The notes beneath the pieces are model-generated. The model saw only the letters and a program-made list of their open reading frames with translations, did no database searches and had not been told where the DNA came from. A stretch of DNA of 595 nt, taken from Escherichia coli. Its GTDB lineage: Bacteria; Pseudomonadota; Gammaproteobacteria; Enterobacterales; Enterobacteriaceae. Position numbers and translations under genes: made by a program. Positions 1 to 595 of this stretch are shown here, piece after piece (position 1 is the first letter of the stretch; every line of letters starts with the position of its first letter). The DNA is taken from the NCBI RefSeq assembly GCF_003334255.1, contig NZ_QOWU01000217.1; one strand, written 5' to 3'.

Positions 1-68
1 AATCCGCTCCGTATACCGTGAGAGTGACATCGTACCGGGAGAACAGACAGCCATCAGCATACTGAAGC

Positions 69-90
69 AGCGCACAAAAAATATTGCGCT
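69..90. repeat. Inverted repeat AGCGCA / TGCGCT with a 10-nt A-rich spacer (CAAAAAATAT)
   Basis: Read directly: 69-74 AGCGCA is the reverse complement of 85-90 TGCGCT. Could form a stem-loop in RNA or be a protein-binding dyad. Function unknown. Confidence 0.35.
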
Positions 91-157
91 TCCACTTCAC
101 GTCCACCAGCAACAGCCCCCACCCCAGGAAAAGACGTTAGTAAGCATCGCCGTTGAT

Positions 158-170
158 CCGGAGTCTCCGG
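158..170. repeat. Inverted repeat CCGGAG-T-CTCCGG (6-bp arms, 1-nt centre)
   Basis: Read directly: 158-163 CCGGAG is the reverse complement of 165-170 CTCCGG. Lies about 40 bp upstream of ATG 209. No T-tract follows, so it is not an intrinsic terminator. Confidence 0.5.
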
Positions 171-200
171 CTCAGTACCTCCAGCGCCAGAAACCACAAC

Positions 201-208
201 GGGAAGAG
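201..208 (+). promoter_or_regulatory. Putative ribosome-binding site for the DUF1364 gene
   Basis: Purine-rich GGGAAGAG directly upstream of ATG 209. Spacing is short (about 4 nt from the GGGA core) and the match to the AGGAGG consensus is imperfect. Confidence 0.4.
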
Positions 209-478
209 ATGCCTGTATACACGCGCTGGGTAAAAACGCAGAAATGCATGACGTGCGGTAATCAGGCAGATGATCCGCATCACATCATTGGTCATGGACT
301 GGGAGGGATGGGAACAAAGGCTGACGATTTGTTTGTTATTCCGTTGTGCCGTAAATGCCATAACAAACTACATGCCGGAGTAAAAGATTTTGAAGAAAAA
401 CACGGCAGTCAGCTGTTGTTGCTGATTCGTTTTTTAATGCACGCGAGAAATTCGGGTGTTCTGAAGTGGAAAGCATAA
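209..478 (+). CDS. DUF1364-family (YbcO/NinX-like) small Cys/His-rich phage protein, putative zinc-binding HNH-like nuclease; 89 aa, complete if the ATG at 209 is the true start
   Basis: ORF-track ORF ATG 209 to TAA 476-478. Translation has CxxC (C13,C16), DPHHI (H24,H25), a Gly-rich GHGLGGMGTK segment and LCRKCHNKLH (C47,C50,H51,H55). From memory this resembles E. coli DLP12 YbcO (GTKPPD / IACSACH region), which sits immediately upstream of rusA in that prophage. Purine-rich GGGAAGAG at 201-208 is a possible Shine-Dalgarno. Start is uncertain because the frame is open upstream to position 2. Confidence 0.75.
   Translation: MPVYTRWVKTQKCMTCGNQADDPHHIIGHGLGGMGTKADDLFVIPLCRKCHNKLHAGVKDFEEKHGSQLLLLIRFLMHARNSGVLKWKA
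466..473 (+). promoter_or_regulatory. Putative ribosome-binding site for rusA, embedded in the 3' end of the upstream CDS
   Basis: Purine-rich GTGGAAAG with a GGA core about 8 nt upstream of ATG 479. Together with the TAA-ATG abutment this is consistent with translational coupling. Confidence 0.4.
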
Positions 479-595
479 ATGACCGAACGCATAGAATTTG
501 TTTTGCCTTACCCGCCGACGGTGAACACTTACTGGCGACGCCGTGGCAGCACATATTTTGTATCAAAAGCCGGGGAGCGTTATCGCCGGGCAGTG
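479..595 (+). CDS. rusA: RusA-family crossover junction endodeoxyribonuclease (Holliday junction resolvase), N-terminal 39 codons only; continues beyond the 3' window edge
   Basis: ATG at 479-481 immediately after the TAA of the upstream gene. Translation MTERIEFVLPYPPTVNTYWRRRGSTYFVSKAGERYRRAV matches the recalled N-terminal pattern of E. coli RusA (LPWPPSNNRYYRHNRG...VSAEGQAYRDNV): the LP-aromatic-PP-x-x-N, Y-aromatic-R-x-x-RG, VS, G-x-x-YR and V positions coincide. Not in the ORF track because it is truncated by the window end. Confidence 0.85.
   Translation, partial: MTERIEFVLPYPPTVNTYWRRRGSTYFVSKAGERYRRAV

Noticed and set aside
1-60. Possible reverse-strand ORF starting at the ATG complementary to 58-60 and running off the 5' edge (MLMAVCSPGTMSLSRYTERI...)
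   Set aside because: Only about 19 codons are visible, with no recognisable motif or convincing ribosome-binding site. Cannot be supported from this window alone.
158-181. Inverted repeat at 158-170 as a rho-independent terminator
   Set aside because: No T/U-rich tract follows the stem (downstream is CTCAGTACCTCC), and the effective loop is very tight.
1-208. Sigma-70 promoter upstream of the DUF1364 gene
   Set aside because: No convincing -35/-10 pair at proper spacing. TTGATC at 153-158 has no acceptable -10 about 17 bp downstream, and nin-region genes are usually transcribed by read-through from an upstream early promoter.
137-361. Reverse-strand 74-aa ORF from the ORF track
   Set aside because: Lies antisense to the DUF1364 CDS start and the upstream region, and the translation has no recognisable motif. 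The forward-strand gene has a clear family resemblance, so this is most likely a chance antisense ORF.
336-566. Reverse-strand 76-aa ORF from the ORF track
   Set aside because: Antisense to both the 3' half of the DUF1364 CDS and the 5' end of rusA. The forward-strand genes are well supported, so this is most likely spurious.
1-595. CRISPR array, tRNA or rRNA, IS element or tandem repeats
   Set aside because: No direct repeats with regular spacing, no cloverleaf-like tRNA signature, and no terminal inverted repeats or transposase-like ORF were seen.

Overview
This 595-bp window looks like part of the nin (recombination/late-regulation) region of a lambdoid enterobacterial phage or prophage. 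It holds two same-strand, same-frame genes: a complete 89-aa Cys/His-rich protein of the DUF1364 (YbcO/NinX-like) family at 209..478, and the first 39 codons of a RusA-family Holliday junction resolvase at 479..595, which runs off the window's 3' edge. The stop of the first gene directly abuts the start of the second (TAA-ATG), which suggests translational coupling. The first 208 bp carry no feature I can call confidently: the gene frame stays open back to the window edge, and the region contains two short inverted repeats. Both reverse-strand ORFs in the track are antisense to these genes and are judged spurious. I see no evidence of a novel multi-gene system; the least-characterised element is the DUF1364 protein, whose Cys/His pattern resembles an HNH-like zinc-binding nuclease motif. 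All family assignments are from reading the translations against recalled sequences, not from a database search.
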